Positions 26,940 to 52,930 of a stretch of 64,000 bases of DNA are shown here, one piece after another (within the stretch, counting starts at the first letter, position 1; every line of letters begins with the position of its first letter). Source of the DNA: Schmidtea polychroa (Eukaryota); contig CM097885.1 of assembly GCA_044892525.1 (NCBI GenBank), forward strand, positions 1,676,001-1,740,000. The letters are read 5' to 3'. The notes beneath the pieces are model-generated. The model saw nothing but the letters and a program-made list of their open reading frames with translations. It had not been told where the DNA came from and ran no database searches. The position numbers and the translations under genes were made by a program.

Positions 26940-28238
26940 AACAGAAGGTGAAGTTATTGACCAGGGCCGAGAAAATATGAATTAATTTTATAACGTATTT
27001 GCGTGACAGAAACAAGAAGAGTTGAACAGTTCAAGAGTTTAAAGAAAAAAGAAAGACACTGACAAAACGAAACGGTAATAACAATTTGATAATCAATTGT
27101 TAAATGCCTTGAGAACATTTATTTGTGGTAAAATCAAACATTGAGATACTGCATTCGCAGTTATACTGAAACCTCAGGATTAATTGTATTAAAATTTGAG
27201 AGATGAATGATAGGAGCTAGAAGCAGATACTGATTCTGAGTTCGTCGATTGCGTTAAACTTTGGGAAACCCTCGTCTTCTACCTTTCACCTTATTCAGAA
27301 CTGAGGTGCCATACAGACCCAGCTCTTGATATTTTTAAATGTGAGAACGGTTTGAAATAACCGATTATCTGTCTTTGAGAATAATTATCGCGATCATTTT
27401 TTGTTTGCTTAAAGTCTTTTTTGTATTTAACTATTTGTAATTTCCGATCAATTTGTTCATTGTGCTGAAAAAAAACATATTTCTTATCTATTTGGAATTT
27501 AAAATTACCTACACGCCGTAATTGTCCAAAATATCTTTTGGGGTCAGATATTTCATATAACTCTTGTAGGAATATAAAACTAATTGGTAAAATATATTTA
27601 TTGAATTCGATATCTTTGTATAAAGTGTATCTGGTATTTGTGAATTTTGGAATGGCATAACATATCATTGGAATCGACTCTCCTTATTTCGTGTTGTTTG
27701 AATATTCAATTGCGATGGTATCCAATGACTGTATGTTCTGTGAATTGATGACGAGAAGGAGTATTAGAAGCATCTTTACGAGAGTGAGCGTTCAATATAT
27801 TGGTGAAGAATTTCTTTGGTCCACAAATTGTTCCAACTGTAGAGTTTTGGACACATTTTTTTGTTGATTAAAAAGATGGAGATGTTTGAAAGAAAGTGTA
27901 TATATAAGAATATTAAAACTATTTTAATTTAATTAATTTAATAATTAATTTGAAAGTCAGAGGCACTACAACTCTGTGTGAGGAAATTGATTGCAGACAA
28001 ATCTAAACGTAACTTATGCATAAATATATTGGATAATATATAGTTGTAATAAAAAAGAATAAAAATGAGTTTTCATCTATTATTTTGACCTTGATATTCA
28101 AATGTTTTATTTTAATTTGATTATTGTGATCATTTTATAGAATTTTACATTTTTGATTTACTGAATCAAATAAAGATTCTGAAGCCTAGTTATGGAGTTA
28201 TTGGGTTACATCAAGAATGAGTTCGAGTTTCTTACATA

Positions 28239-28412
28239 CAGTGCTCGAAGTGAGGCGGGATAGCCGGGATATTATCCCGGCATTGATTATGTAGGCGGAA
28301 TTGCATCCCGGCACTTCATTTCATATAATCTATAGGTTTATCCCGGTACTTATTTCATTTTATAGGCACACAAATACTGCAATTAAGGTCACACATAGTA
28401 CATCCATATATG

Positions 28413-28487
<75 letters not shown>

Positions 28488-28720
28488 TTTATTCTCTATT
28501 CTCTATTCAATTAAGAATTTCCCAAGCAGCAGTAATGGATAGGTAGGTATATTCTGAAACTTATGATTAAATGGGTGGACACCCCCCCCAAAAAAAATTT
28601 GTTGGACACCCCCCAAAGTTTTGCAACACCCCCAACTGAAAATTTCTGCATAAAAGCCTGGAATCCCGGGTGCCACAGCATGCCTATCCCGGCACATATT
28701 TTGTTCCACTTCGAGCACTG
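28239..28720. mobile_element. hAT MITE, empty form of the element at 49831-54156
   Basis: 14-bp TIR CAGTGCTCGAAGTG, perfect 8-bp TSD CTTACATA, subterminal ATCCCGG repeats, internal (TA)n. Confidence 0.93.
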
Positions 28721-29768
28721 CTTACATATACCGATGAGACTCAAATAAGCTTGAAACTAATCTCTCATTAGAATTCTCATTGAACACCACTTTAAAATCT
28801 TCATTTTATGTTTTTATTTAACCTTATAATTACAGCTAATTCTCGTTTAATAAGGTAGAGTAGAATATTGTTAAATGGAATCCGTGATAAGAACTTGGGT
28901 CAGTCTTGAATGATTTGAAAACTGCATATTATCCCATGAGTAATTATTTCCGATTATATATATAAACTAACTAAGTGGATATAAAACGGATCTTATCTTA
29001 AAATTTTAATAATTTATATTTTAAACTCGTGCATAATATTTGACCGCTTTGTCGCTTTTGGGGCACCCCAAAATTGAATTATATGCTTGTCCATATTTTA
29101 TTAGATTTAGTGTAGGTCATTGTGCTTTATAAAAGCCATTGATCTCTTGCACAGTGTTCAACAGGAATCCATTCGATTCAGATCTTATATTATTTGTCAA
29201 TATATTTACATAGAGATCTGGAAATTTGGTCTTATTATGCTATAATTATTCAAGGGAAATCTACCAATCGAGAGTAATAAAGTTGAATAATAATTTATAT
29301 ATTCTTTCGTAACATAATAATAGGAATAAGATTTAGTGCTAAGATTGACCATTTGTATTCTTGATCTTATCATAAGTGAGGGTTATAAGTAATACAAATA
29401 TGGACATTGCGCTCCTTGCATTATGAATAAAAACAAAACGTTTCACTGTAAAATAAATCATTATCACACAAAATATTTCCCACATTTTCAAAAATATTTT
29501 AAAATTTCAGTTTCTGGATGACAAATGCCTGACCCGATTGAACTAGTTGGTGAATTATGAGTTTATGTCGTGTCTGTGTGCGTTTTCTTTTGGCTTTGAC
29601 ATTGGTTTTTGTATGCGCACACAGACGCGATCAGTTTAATTTTAAAGAGTTATTATGATTTTAGTTGGAATTTTGAAGTGATATCGAATTTTTAAGTTTT
29701 GTGATTTGTTTTAAAGATTGGTTTTCTGGAAGGGTTTTTTTGAAAATAAATTTTGAAAATGTTCTTTA

Positions 29769-30345
29769 ATGGCTACGATTAATACAGATAATTATCATTA
29801 ATGCAACAGGGACGTTCACATATCTCAGGATGGTAAATGTGTGACGTGCAATGATGGATTTATTGAAAGAATTGAATCTGATAACTCAATGGGAAGTGAT
29901 GATGATGCCTTGAATGTTTTTCATATTATTCGTCATGTTCCTGGTGGAAGTACTACAAACGAAACTGATGGTTCCTTTTTTATTACTCCGAGAGATCCTG
30001 ATAACATAAATAGTGTTTTTGGCAAACTAATATCAAATTTATTTGGTGGATTTCTACCTCTAGATTTTAGATCAGATTCGTCAGATTACATATTTTCAGA
30101 TCAAAGTTTCGACAATTTTGTAACGAGTATTATGAATCAATTTGAACAGAGTGGTCCTCGACCAGCAAATGAGGCAGATATTGAGAAATTACAAGTTAAG
30201 AAAATCACCGAAGCTAATGATAAAGGTTCCATTTGTCTGTCAGATTATGAGGTGGCCGATGAAGTGTACGAGTTGCCCTGTCAGCATAGATACCCTGTTT
30301 AGTGTCTAAAAACGTGGTTAATTAAACACTGGTTAACATGTCATT
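29769..30345 (+). pseudogene. Intronless RNF126/RNF115-like RING-H2 E3 ligase retrocopy
   Basis: N-terminal zinc ribbon (H*C...CVTCNDGFIERI), DYIFSDQSFDNFVTSIMNQFEQSGPRPANEADIEKL, RING-H2 remnant SICLSDY...LPCQHRY..*CLKTWL; two in-frame stops. Confidence 0.82.
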
Positions 30346-30821
30346 CTCTACACAACTAAACGTGAACATATATAAATCAAGATCAAGCAATTCTCCTTCT
30401 ATTTCATAGTATTACAAAATATTTCAAAGGTTTTCATTTTAGCAAATAAGTTATAGGTTAATATGAAAGTGGATGCGCTAACCCTTAACAACCAAAAATC
30501 ATCATTACAAAAAGGCCTCAAAAACCAATTAACATTAAACAAAATCCACCAGACAATAAAAACATTGTGGAACCAGAGAATTTCTCACAAACCAATCAAT
30601 CAAACCCCATTAATTTCTCATAAAAATTCTCAAGGCAAATTAAAAACATCCGAATTCCCCCAAAGCCTTCATAACCAATAAAACCCCACAAAAGGACTAC
30701 CAAACCCCCCAAATTCCTCAAAATCATTCAAAAGCATAAAAAAATCAACCAACCAATAAAATGTTAATAAAAATTTTTAGATGGCAATTGATAAATATTC
30801 ACTGAATTCCAAAATAAATTA

Positions 30822-32297
30822 TACACACAAACGCTTGCACACAGATACATGTATTAATACACACACATACACACTCACACAGACACATTTATGCATGCAT
30901 TAATACACGCATACATTAACACACACAGACACATATATACATGAACACACACACAGACACATATATACACGAACACACACATGCACACAGACACATATAC
31001 ATGAACACAGACACATATATACATGAACACACACACAGACACATATATACATGAATACACACACATGCACACAGACACATATATACATGAACACACACAC
31101 GTGCACATGCACACAGACACATATATACATGAACACACACACATGCAAATGCACACAGACACATATATACATGAACACACACACATATATACATGAACAC
31201 ACACACAGACACATATACACGAACACACACACATGCACAGAGACACATATATACATGCACACAGACACATATATACATGAATACACACACATGCACACAG
31301 ACACATATATACATGCACACAGACACATATATACATGAATACACACACATGCACACAGACACATATATACATGAACACACACACAGACACATATATACAC
31401 GAACACACACACATGCACAGAGACACATATATACATGCACACAGACACATATATACATGCACACAGGCACATATATACATGAATACACACACACATGCGC
31501 ACAGACACATATATACATGAATACACATGCACATATATACATGAATACACACACAGACACATATATACACGAACACACACACATGCACAGAGACACATAT
31601 ATACATGCACACAGGCACATATATACATGAATACATACACATGCACACAGACACATATATACATGAACACACACACAGACACATATATACACGAACACAC
31701 ACACATGCACAGAGACACATATATACATGCACACAGACACATATATACATGCACACAGGCACATATATACATGAATACACACACACATGCGCACAGACAC
31801 ATATATACATGAATACACATGCACATATATACATGAATACACACACAGACACATATATACACGAACACACACACATGCACAGAGACACATATATACATGC
31901 ACACAGGCACATATATACATGAATACATACACATGCACACAGACACATATATACATGAACACACACACAGACACATATATACACGAACACACACACATGC
32001 ACAGAGACACATATATACATGCACACAGACACATATATACATGCACACAGGCACATATATACATGAATACACACACACATGCGCACAGACACATATATAC
32101 ATGAATACACATGCACATATATACATGAATACACACACAGACACATATATACACGAACACACACACATGCACAGAGACACATATATACATGCACACAGGC
32201 ACATATATACATGAATACATACACATGCACACAGACACATATATACATGAACACAAGCATGAACACACACACACATGCACACAGACACGCACATACA
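30822..32297. repeat. CA/TA-rich minisatellite with a 292-bp higher-order period
   Basis: Core CACAGACACATATATACATG; identical ORF translations recur at 31495/31787/32079 and 31605/31897/32189. Confidence 0.95.
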
Positions 32298-32449
32298 GAA
32301 CAAATAGAATCAAAAAGTCAAGGCAGATATATCTTGTATTTGCAATCTGGGCGAAGCAGCGGCGGCGGCGGCGGCGGCGATGGCAGCAGCGCGTTGTCAT
32401 GGAAGCACACAAACGAGAACAGATGGGTGTGCACTCGACAGCACAATTG

Positions 32450-43921
<11,472 letters not shown>

Positions 43922-44766
43922 TCAAAGCTAAAATTGAATTAAAAGAAAAAGCAAAATTTATAATCAAAATATATAATTAACGACAATCTATAAAGATTTA
44001 TTAGAATTATTATAAATTTTGAATTAGTAATCCATTAATAGAATGTTGATACAAGCGTTAAAACAATACCAGCATTTCATATGTTGTAATAAATATTAAC
44101 ATTATTATGCTTTATATGAGCAAATATGAGAAATTTGAATAAAGAATTAGATTGAATATTTATATTTTTTAATATTAATTTTATGAAATATATAAAATCA
44201 TTTTTATTATTAATTTTGTAATTTTTTAATGAATCGTTTTAGTTTACATTAATTTAAAATTTTATAGGCACAAAAGCCCCATAAATTAAAGATAATTATT
44301 ATTCGGTTTTAACTGCTTTTACTCATTTTACTCTGACATTATTTGCTGTATTTTGGTCTTCCAGTATGATTTCTGTAACTGACTTCAATACTTTTTCATT
44401 TTGTAAATGGCATGACATAATAATATTACACCAATAAAATGCTAATGAACAGCAAAATGATTATAAAGATGTTGGGAAAAGACGAAGTATGAAATTTTTT
44501 CTTTCTAATTTAATTATTCGCATAGTTTACATAGCAATGTAAACTAGCAACAAGTTAAAAGCAACTAGACTAAAAAGCAGTAATTACACTTTGGTGTGTC
44601 GGCAGCGCTGCATAGGTGTGTCGCGTGAACATAATGAAAAGCCACAGAGTCCCTTAATTTTATAAACTTTTTAACGATTGTTAGACTGAAATACAATACA
44701 CATATATAGTCCGTCATGTTTTAGCTGCAAGAACGCTTGATTACCCCATTTATTAGTTAATCGTTG

Positions 44767-45825
44767 TGTTGGGTTTTGGATTCCTTTAAGTCGGTTCTCT
44801 CTGACTCCTAGTGTTCTTTAAATCAAAACAATGAACGACCCAACGTATATTGAAACAACAGGTTCACAATTTATCACCACGCTACAATTACTAATCAAAG
44901 TTTTAAACGATTCTCGCTCGGCGTTGATGCTTTGCAAACAAATAATATTCACCTTTTAGTCCTTTAGATTCTCTCGACTCACGTTTTCCTTGGTTTCTGT
45001 TTGGTTTGATTCCTTTTCACCTTTCCGTAATCTTAATTCTATTTCTTCTTTTCCCTACTTTCCCTAATTCGTTTACCAACTTTTCCTACGCTCTGATTCT
45101 TCGAACCCTACCTGAGGCAAAATGCCGATTTTCTCTGATTTTCCCTTTGCTTATATACTCCTCGAAATCAGGATGACAAATGGTTATTGCCGAGCCAATC
45201 TTTCGTTTGACATTTGCTCCTACGTATTTGCTTCGGCTGTCACCCATAATGGTCCAACGAATCCAGATAATTAATGGCCCTACCGGTCTTCCTACGCGCG
45301 CTATCTTCTCCTTACTCTTTTCCCATTAATCATTGTGTCAAGCTAAGGGGCCCAAATCTTCCTTCTGTTTGCTTTTCTTCTTGTTTACCCAGCTCAGGTT
45401 TCCTTTATCTCTCGGGTTCCCCATTGGCTTGGGTTTCCCATTAGCTCGGGTTTTCCATTAGCCAATTAATTAATTAATTAACGTTTTCTGTTTTCATACA
45501 TTTGAATGTTTTTCTACCCTTCCTAACCATTTTCTGATAAATCCCTAATCATCATCTTGTTGGCCATTAGCTAATCTATACCTGTCCCGTTTTTCCCATT
45601 CGATTTCGATGATTTTTCCATTTATTGATTTTTCTCGGATTTCCGGATTCTTGCCTTTCGTAATTGCTTTTGGCATTTTCTAATACTGTTTCCATCACAC
45701 TTTCCTTTACTATTGATTCTGTGCACGATCCCGCTTTTATTTGTCTTTTTTCTTTGCTTACTTTCTATTTGAATTATTATCCTAAATTTCATTTAAATTT
45801 TAATTTTAATTTACGGACCTCAACA
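44767..45825 (-). mobile_element. Solo LTR (~1.06 kb), related to 25975-26939
   Basis: On the minus strand TGTTGAGGTCC...AACCCAACA, TATATAAGCAAA box and shared GGAGTCAGAG motif; 4-bp flanks GTTG/ATTG. Confidence 0.7.
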
Positions 45826-48800
45826 ATTGGAATTCGATATTTATATTTAAATATGTTTCATTGTCTCTTGTATAACGGTTTACCATATGGCGTAAGTTGT
45901 ATGACGTCTGGTTTTCTGGTAAAACTGATTTGCTGTGTCGCGAAATGATGGAAGTCTAAAAAGTGTGTCACAAGCATGAAAAGGTTGGAAAGCACTGATT
46001 TAGAGAATGAATAAAATGAATTAACGAAGAAATATTTGAGAAACATGAATTAAATTGTATGGTGCAATGTAGGATGAGGATGTATGACAAGAAATATGAA
46101 TTGAATGACCATCACCAAAAACAAAAAACATTTATAAATATATCAACCACTTGAGGAAATAATGAACAAACTAAGAAACTTTTTAAATCTTCAGGACAAT
46201 TCATTCTTACAGATCAATCAGAAGACAGTGCAAATAACGGACATTAAAGACAAATAAATAGCGACACCAAGACCTTATCCTGAGAGCCTGTGCCTAATGA
46301 AATGGTAATTAACATCAAATATATAGAGGAATATGGATAGAATCTATCAATTTCAATACCTAAGAATGAAGAGTGCGAAATTTAACATTCAATAACAAAA
46401 ATTCAAAGAATAAAATAAAAGAATAAAAGACAAATTAAAAAAGTAAATTGAACAACGAGTGTGAAAGATTAACAAAATATTTCATGTGGCAAGAGTGAGA
46501 GAGAAGAATGATGATAATTCCATGTAGACATTTATGTCATTGGCAAGAAGGTAAATAGAGATATATGCATTATTTGTGCCAGGAAGGTTAAGGAAGGATA
46601 TTAGTAAGTTATCCATAAAGAAATGTAATTATGTTGAGTAATGATAAATTAGTAATTAGCGAAATAATTCCATTGTAACCGAAAGGTATAAGGCATGCAT
46701 TATAAAAAACATATAAAATGTAAATAGTAATGTAAAAAATAAAATAGACAAGTAAGACACAACATAAACAAGTAAAGCTGAAAAATTAAACTAAAGGTAA
46801 TAAAAGGTAATAAAAATACGCGGTGGTTATTGTGGTTGATCATCATTTGGAAACGCCCAAACTGACACAATTATTTTACCCTTTTAAATAAGATGAGAAG
46901 GGCTAAAATTCAAGAGTGCTAATAAAATTGTCTGGTGCGTATGTTGGTTGTATGACTAATGTAGTAGGATGTGAGGACTCCAGGACACTTTCAAGTTCAA
47001 GGTCATGAAATATGTCCAGATCAAATATAGGTCAATTGAATAATTTATTTTTTTTAATTTAATTTTTATTTAATTACTTTTATTTCATTTTTTAATTTTA
47101 TTCATTAATTGTTTTATTATGTTTTTATTTTAGTTAATTACTTTAAGTAATTTTTTATTTATTAAATTGAAATAATTAATTATTTTATTAATATTTTATT
47201 TTAATTTCTTACTGAAAGGGTAGAATTCACGTTTAAGTTGTATTTATCAGATTACATAAATTTTTATATAAATATTTAAATTAATAAATTAAAGTAAGTT
47301 TAAAATATTAAAATAAATTAAACCAGCATTGAAATCAGCATCAAAATTAAAATAATAAAAAAGCCTCGAACAAATTGTTTGAATATTACAAAAAAGCGCA
47401 GTTTGGTGAATAAAATTAATTTAGTAATTTTATTTGGTTAATTTATTAATTATGGAGATTGAACATGAATTCGACGTTGTTGCGGCTAACACTTACTTTA
47501 TTTAATTGATTTTTTTTGGTTTCTCTTAATAAATTTAAATTATTACTAATATTATTATTGTATTTATTTATTAATATTTTATTATTATTATTACTTTTTT
47601 TCTTAATTAATTTTTAATTAATTATTTAATTATTTATTTTTTATTATTATTATTATTTTACATTTAAATTTAATATATTCTAACAAGAGTGTAAATTGTA
47701 ACAATAATATTTCAATTTGAACAAAATTTTAATTAGTAATTATTAGAATTATTATAAAATAACGCTTTGTTAATTTAAAATAAAATGGACATTAAGTTTT
47801 CAAAACAAAACAAAGTTTTTCATGAAAAATAATAATTTCCACTTAAAATTAATTATCTAAAAAAATTGGACAAATGAATTATTAAATGATAAAAAACATT
47901 TTAATTAACTAAGTCAAATTATTCACAATATATATTTTATTATTCACATAAATTTAATTGTTAAAGTGCTTGTTTCGATTTATATTCATTTGTAGACGGA
48001 GCAGTTGCGATATGCATTTGACGAATAATAATGTTTAATAATTATTATTGCAACAAATTATTATGTTTAATTTTCAAGTTATTTACTTAGGTTCAAGTTA
48101 CATTAAAACGCCAAATTACATGAAAAACTGTCAGGCTATTAATGTTCAAAACAATGATCAATTCTGTTTTTTATATAGCATACTGACTGTGTTACATTAT
48201 GATGACATAAAACGTCACAGAGAAAGAGTAATGAAATATAATTTAAGTGGTAATATATATTTATATCATTCTAAATATATAAAGCGTTATTTTATATTAT
48301 TTCTAATAATTACTAATATATATTATTTAGAGTTAAAATGGAAATCAGATTGGTTTCCAATGAAGTTGGTTAACATTTGCCAATTTGAAGCAATGAATCC
48401 TAATCTAGTGATCAATGTTCTCAAATATACTAAAGATCCAATTAAACATAAGAGTGAAAATATTTTCAAGAATCCGTTCGTTGACTTGGTATATAGATGT
48501 ACTTCGACAAGATCTCAAATATATCTCTTATTGATTGAAGAAGGTAATATTTCTTTTAATCATTAAAAATATTAACTAAATTTTAGACTTAAATTATCAT
48601 TATTTGGCTGTAACTAATCTCAATCGACTGCTCAATTACAGAGATAGAGTAGAAAGACTCAGAATCCAATCACAATGGTGTCATACATGTCTTCACGGGT
48701 TTCGAAAACGTCTTGCTTTTGAAAGACATATAGGTCTTTGTAGGAAGAATGTGGAGCAGACGACTCTATACTCAATGCCAGAATATAAATATATCGAATT

Positions 48801-49961
48801 TAAAAACTGGAGTAAAACTATAAAACAGCAGTTTGTTGTGTACGCGGACTTTGAATCGATATTACCTCTAGATGACAAGCACTTCCAAAAACATGAGCCG
48901 ATTGCATGTGAATTTGTGCTTCTTCATCAGGGTCATCCGATTCGAAATGAAACATTTGTTGGGAAAAACTGTATCATTCTATTTATACAAGCATTGGATG
49001 ATATAGCTACAGACATAGTTTATCCATGGTATAAAATTAAGGGATCAAAAGAAATGATGGAACTCGCTCGGGAACAGCAGGAAGAATTCACGAACCAAAC
49101 TCATTGCTACCTTTGTAAAAAGATTATCAATATACCTGTTCGAGATCATGGTAATTTTATTGGTCAATATCTCTGAGCGGCATGCCAAGATTGTAATTTG
49201 GCTAGAAGAATCAATCCGTCTTTACCTGTTGTATTTCACAATCTTCGTGGATATGACATTCATCATATATTAAAATATGCAATTGGAAAATTCCCAGATT
49301 GGAATTTAATTGTTATTCCTCAATCAACAGAAAAGTTTCTCACACTTACAGCGACATCGAAAGGCAGAGGAATTACATTCATTGATTCTTTAAAATTTTT
49401 AAATAGCAGCTTGGTAAATTTATCAAAAAACTTGCCATGTCTTCCACTGACCTCAGGTGTTTTCGAATCACAGATGACTTGTAAAACCATTTTTCCTTAT
49501 GATATGGCTACGTCAATAGATGTTTTACAGTCAATTACAAAATTACCTGCAATTTGGAAAGGAGTTAGTCAAGAAGATTACATACATGCAAATCGAATAT
49601 GGCAACAATACAACTGTGAGACACTGCTAGATTACATGCTAGTATATCTCAAGCTGAATGTTTTTCTATTGGCCGATATTTTTGATATATTCAAGATCCA
49701 GAGCTTTACCGTTTATTTGAAGCTGGTATTCGTGGTGGAATGACATTTATCAACAAACACCATGTTGAAGCTGATGAATCAACACAAATGTCATACATAG
49801 ATGTTAATAATTTATATGGATGGGCTCTGTCAGTGCTCGAAGTGAGGCGGGATAGCCGGGATATTATCCCGGCATTGATTATGTAGGCGGAATTGCATCC
49901 CGGCACTTCATTTCATATAATCTATAGGTTTATCCCGGTACTTATTTCATTTTATAGGCAC

Positions 49962-49979
49962 TGGTAGCAGAGCGTGGTT
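49962..49979 (+). promoter_or_regulatory. Primer-binding site for initiator tRNA-Met
   Basis: TGGTAGCAGAG is complementary to the animal tRNA-iMet 3' end (CTCTGCTACCA); it overlaps a perfect 9-bp hairpin GTTCCGGCT/AGCCGGAAC. Confidence 0.8.
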
Positions 49980-50304
49980 CCGGCTAGCCAGCCGGAACAA
50001 GGTAATTAAAATGTATTATAAACTGTCTTTTTTGGGTTTATATATCTTATGTAAATATTATGTTTATTATGTGTTTAATAATATCTTTGTAATTAATAAT
50101 ATTTTGGTAATTAATATGTATTATAAAAAATCTTGTTCATGCATATTATGTATATATTATAATACTTTTGTAAAATTAAACATCCTCCCTTCCCTACCGA
50201 GCGTGGGAAAGTGCTGCTATGGGCCCCAGCACTCTTTTAAAGGGGGAAGCCAGGGGAACAGGGTAAAGAACAGAGCTGTGTCAAGGGTGAGGGCGAGCGG
50301 GGTA

Positions 50305-52845
50305 ATGGGTTTTGAGTTGCGATGGGAAAGTCAAATATTTGTCAAAACTCTTACTGGTAAGACAATTACTCTGGACGTTAAATGGAAGGACACAATTGAA
50401 AAGATAAAAGGAAAAATCCAGGACAAAGAAGGAATTCCGGAAAATTATCAAACGTTAGTATACGCAGGAAAGCAGTTAGAAAATAAAAGAAGATTGAATG
50501 ATTATAGAATACAAGTAGGGTCGACACTTCATTTGTCACTTAGGCTGTGCGGTGGCAATGACGAAGAGATTTTAGAAGAAGAAATGTGGAAAAAGAGAAT
50601 GAAAAAAGGAAAATTAACGAGATGGAGAAACAAGATTCTGAATGATATAAAGGGTAAGGATGTTAGCAAATGGTTGGAGGAATATGAAGATATAAAGGAG
50701 AGTCTAGATGAAGAATTAAGAGATCTAAGAACGATCAGTGAAAAATTGCATAGATTGGACATCACTGCAATCTTAGATAAAGACCTGCAGGAGATCGAGG
50801 AAAAACATCAAATAATTGGGGCATTGATGGAAAGAAAAGCAAATCAATCTTTTATGGAAAAGAAGGAAAAGGGGAATGATGATACAATCAAGAAGAATAA
50901 TTCCGTGCATAAAAGAAAACTGGAAAGTCTACAGAAAATTACAATACCTGTCTTTGAAGGCAAGATGAAAGAGTACGAACCATGGAAAGCAGCTTTTACT
51001 GCGTGTGTTGACGAAGCGGAAGGTGATGAGGCTGAAAAGATGTTTCACCTGCACAAGTACCTTCACGGAGAGCCATTAAAGTTAATTGAAAATCTAGGAT
51101 ATTCGGCAGAGGCTTATCAAATGGCAAAAGAGAAGTTGGATAGGCGATATGGTGGGGATGAAAGGATATATTTATCAATGTTAGAGGAGATGGACCAGTT
51201 CAGGCCAATTCGAGAAGGAGATTTGAAGGATCTCGACTTATTTGTTGGATTATTAGAAACAGTCACCGTGCGATTTAAATCCACTGGGAAAGAATCCGAG
51301 TTAAAGACTGGATATCTTTTTCAAAAGTGTTTGGGCAAGTTAACAACGGATCTTGTGTATAAATGGAAGAAAGAGAAAATAGAAAAGGAATTGCGGGAGA
51401 CGATAGAGGATTTGAGAAGATGGATACAACAAGAAGCGGAGATCCTAAGGTCTACTAACGAGGTCGTGTATGGGACTCAACCATGCACCAGGGCTTATGA
51501 TGTGTCAAGAGTAGAAGGTGTGTCTAGAGAAAGAGAAAGCTTCAATCCAGGAGGTCGGACGCATTTTACGGGGCAACCAGATGGCAGAGTTAAAAGTGGA
51601 ACGGTTATACAGGTGAATAACTCTAACGGCTATAGATCAGAGTGTGTACAATGTGGTGGTCAACATTACCTAGACCAATATGACAAGTTTAAGCAACTCA
51701 CAATTTCAGAAAGGAAGAGAGTCATCGAAGAAAAGAAACTGTGCAGGAATTGCTTCAAAGGAAATCACATGGCCAAGGAATGTCGTAAAGAATCTTTCTG
51801 CAAGGTTACCGGATGTAAGCAGAGACACAACGAATTATTAGATGAAAACGCATCAATGAGGACGGTTCAGAGTTATTTTGCGGTAACTGAAATGTTCAAT
51901 GACGAGTTACGGGCATCTCGAGGGATTGAGGACACGCCACTCGACAGGAGTAAGGCATCTAATGAAGAGGAAGGAGCTCAGAGTCATTTAGATGGGCAAA
52001 TATTCAATTCTGGAAGAACTAACGAATTAGTTAACGTTATGACAATCACACAAAATGTTCAAGGAAAAATGAATACGGGGGAAAAGCAAGATGAGGCTTG
52101 CCGGGCTGGTGAGATCATAAAATTATCCGACGATAAAATTGTGGAACCGAAGACAACGGAAGTGATGAGTAATTGGGAAAAAGACAAACCAGAATCAGAG
52201 GAGTTAACGCCCGAGGCGGCGGTTAATGATATGCAGGTCGACGAAGGGGAAGTTAATCGATTAAAAGAAGAACGTGATAATGTAAAAGGGGCAGAAGACT
52301 CCAGAGGGGAGAGGCAAAACAAGGAGACCAGTAGGGTATATGGGAAATCATGGGAAACTGTACGTGATAATGATCAAGGGGCCAAAGAAGTTTTGGAAAA
52401 ATTGAACGAATCATCGAACAGTTTCAAACAACAAGGATCACTGGAACTCGCTTGCACGCCTCTAATGGTGCCGCGAACGCCTCTAAAGATGCACATGAAA
52501 GACAAGGTGTCGATTGGGGAATCGAAACACGAAGCAATCAAAGAACGACTTTGTAGGATGCATATAAAAACATTAAGTGAAAACTGGTCACTAAATGAAA
52601 GGCAACAGGGAAAAGTGTGGAATATGGAATTGGCGAAAAATGGAGAAAGAATAATAGAGAGATTACACCCAAACAACCTGAACATGGACAGCTGCTTGGC
52701 CAAGTATGGCATTGGTGGGTGGAGAATCCACAATGATCTTTCAAAAAAGGTGCGTGGCGCGGCGGCTTATATAATACAAAGATGGGTTTGTGAGGGTTAT
52801 TGGAGATTGAGCCATAATGCAGAAAATGAAGGGGAGAAGGGATAA
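50305..52845 (+). CDS. Ubiquitin-Gag fusion (BEL/Pao Gag, DUF1759-like, with zinc knuckles)
   Basis: [14 protein letters not shown]...[12 protein letters not shown] (50332-50556), then [18 protein letters not shown]...[13 protein letters not shown]...EKLDRRYG and CVQCGGQH / [14 protein letters not shown] / [10 protein letters not shown]. The frame is open from 50011; the start codon is uncertain. Confidence 0.88.
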   Translation: MGFELRWESQIFVKTLTGKTITLDVKWKDTIEKIKGKIQDKEGIPENYQTLVYAGKQLENKRRLNDYRIQVGSTLHLSLRLCGGNDEEILEEEMWKKRMKKGKLTRWRNKILNDIKGKDVSKWLEEYEDIKESLDEELRDLRTISEKLHRLDITAILDKDLQEIEEKHQIIGALMERKANQSFMEKKEKGNDDTIKKNNSVHKRKLESLQKITIPVFEGKMKEYEPWKAAFTACVDEAEGDEAEKMFHLHKYLHGEPLKLIENLGYSAEAYQMAKEKLDRRYGGDERIYLSMLEEMDQFRPIREGDLKDLDLFVGLLETVTVRFKSTGKESELKTGYLFQKCLGKLTTDLVYKWKKEKIEKELRETIEDLRRWIQQEAEILRSTNEVVYGTQPCTRAYDVSRVEGVSRERESFNPGGRTHFTGQPDGRVKSGTVIQVNNSNGYRSECVQCGGQHYLDQYDKFKQLTISERKRVIEEKKLCRNCFKGNHMAKECRKESFCKVTGCKQRHNELLDENASMRTVQSYFAVTEMFNDELRASRGIEDTPLDRSKASNEEEGAQSHLDGQIFNSGRTNELVNVMTITQNVQGKMNTGEKQDEACRAGEIIKLSDDKIVEPKTTEVMSNWEKDKPESEELTPEAAVNDMQVDEGEVNRLKEERDNVKGAEDSRGERQNKETSRVYGKSWETVRDNDQGAKEVLEKLNESSNSFKQQGSLELACTPLMVPRTPLKMHMKDKVSIGESKHEAIKERLCRMHIKTLSENWSLNERQQGKVWNMELAKNGERIIERLHPNNLNMDSCLAKYGIGGWRIHNDLSKKVRGAAAYIIQRWVCEGYWRLSHNAENEGEKG

Positions 52846-52930
52846 AATGGCGAGGGAAATGCAGAAAATGAAGGGGAGAAGGGATAAAATGGCGAGGGAA
52901 GTGCAAGAAATGAAGGGGAAAAGGGATAAA
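52816..52930 (+). repeat. 42-bp tandem repeat x3
   Basis: ATGCAGAAAATGAAGGGGAGAAGGGATAAAATGGCGAGGGAA units. Confidence 0.85.

Noticed and set aside
30875..32412. 465-498 aa Cys/Val-rich ORFs
   Set aside because: Stop-free readings of the CA/TA satellite in all three frames.
45900..46800. Purine-rich stretch suggestive of decayed Gypsy pol
   Set aside because: No continuous recognisable motif could be read.
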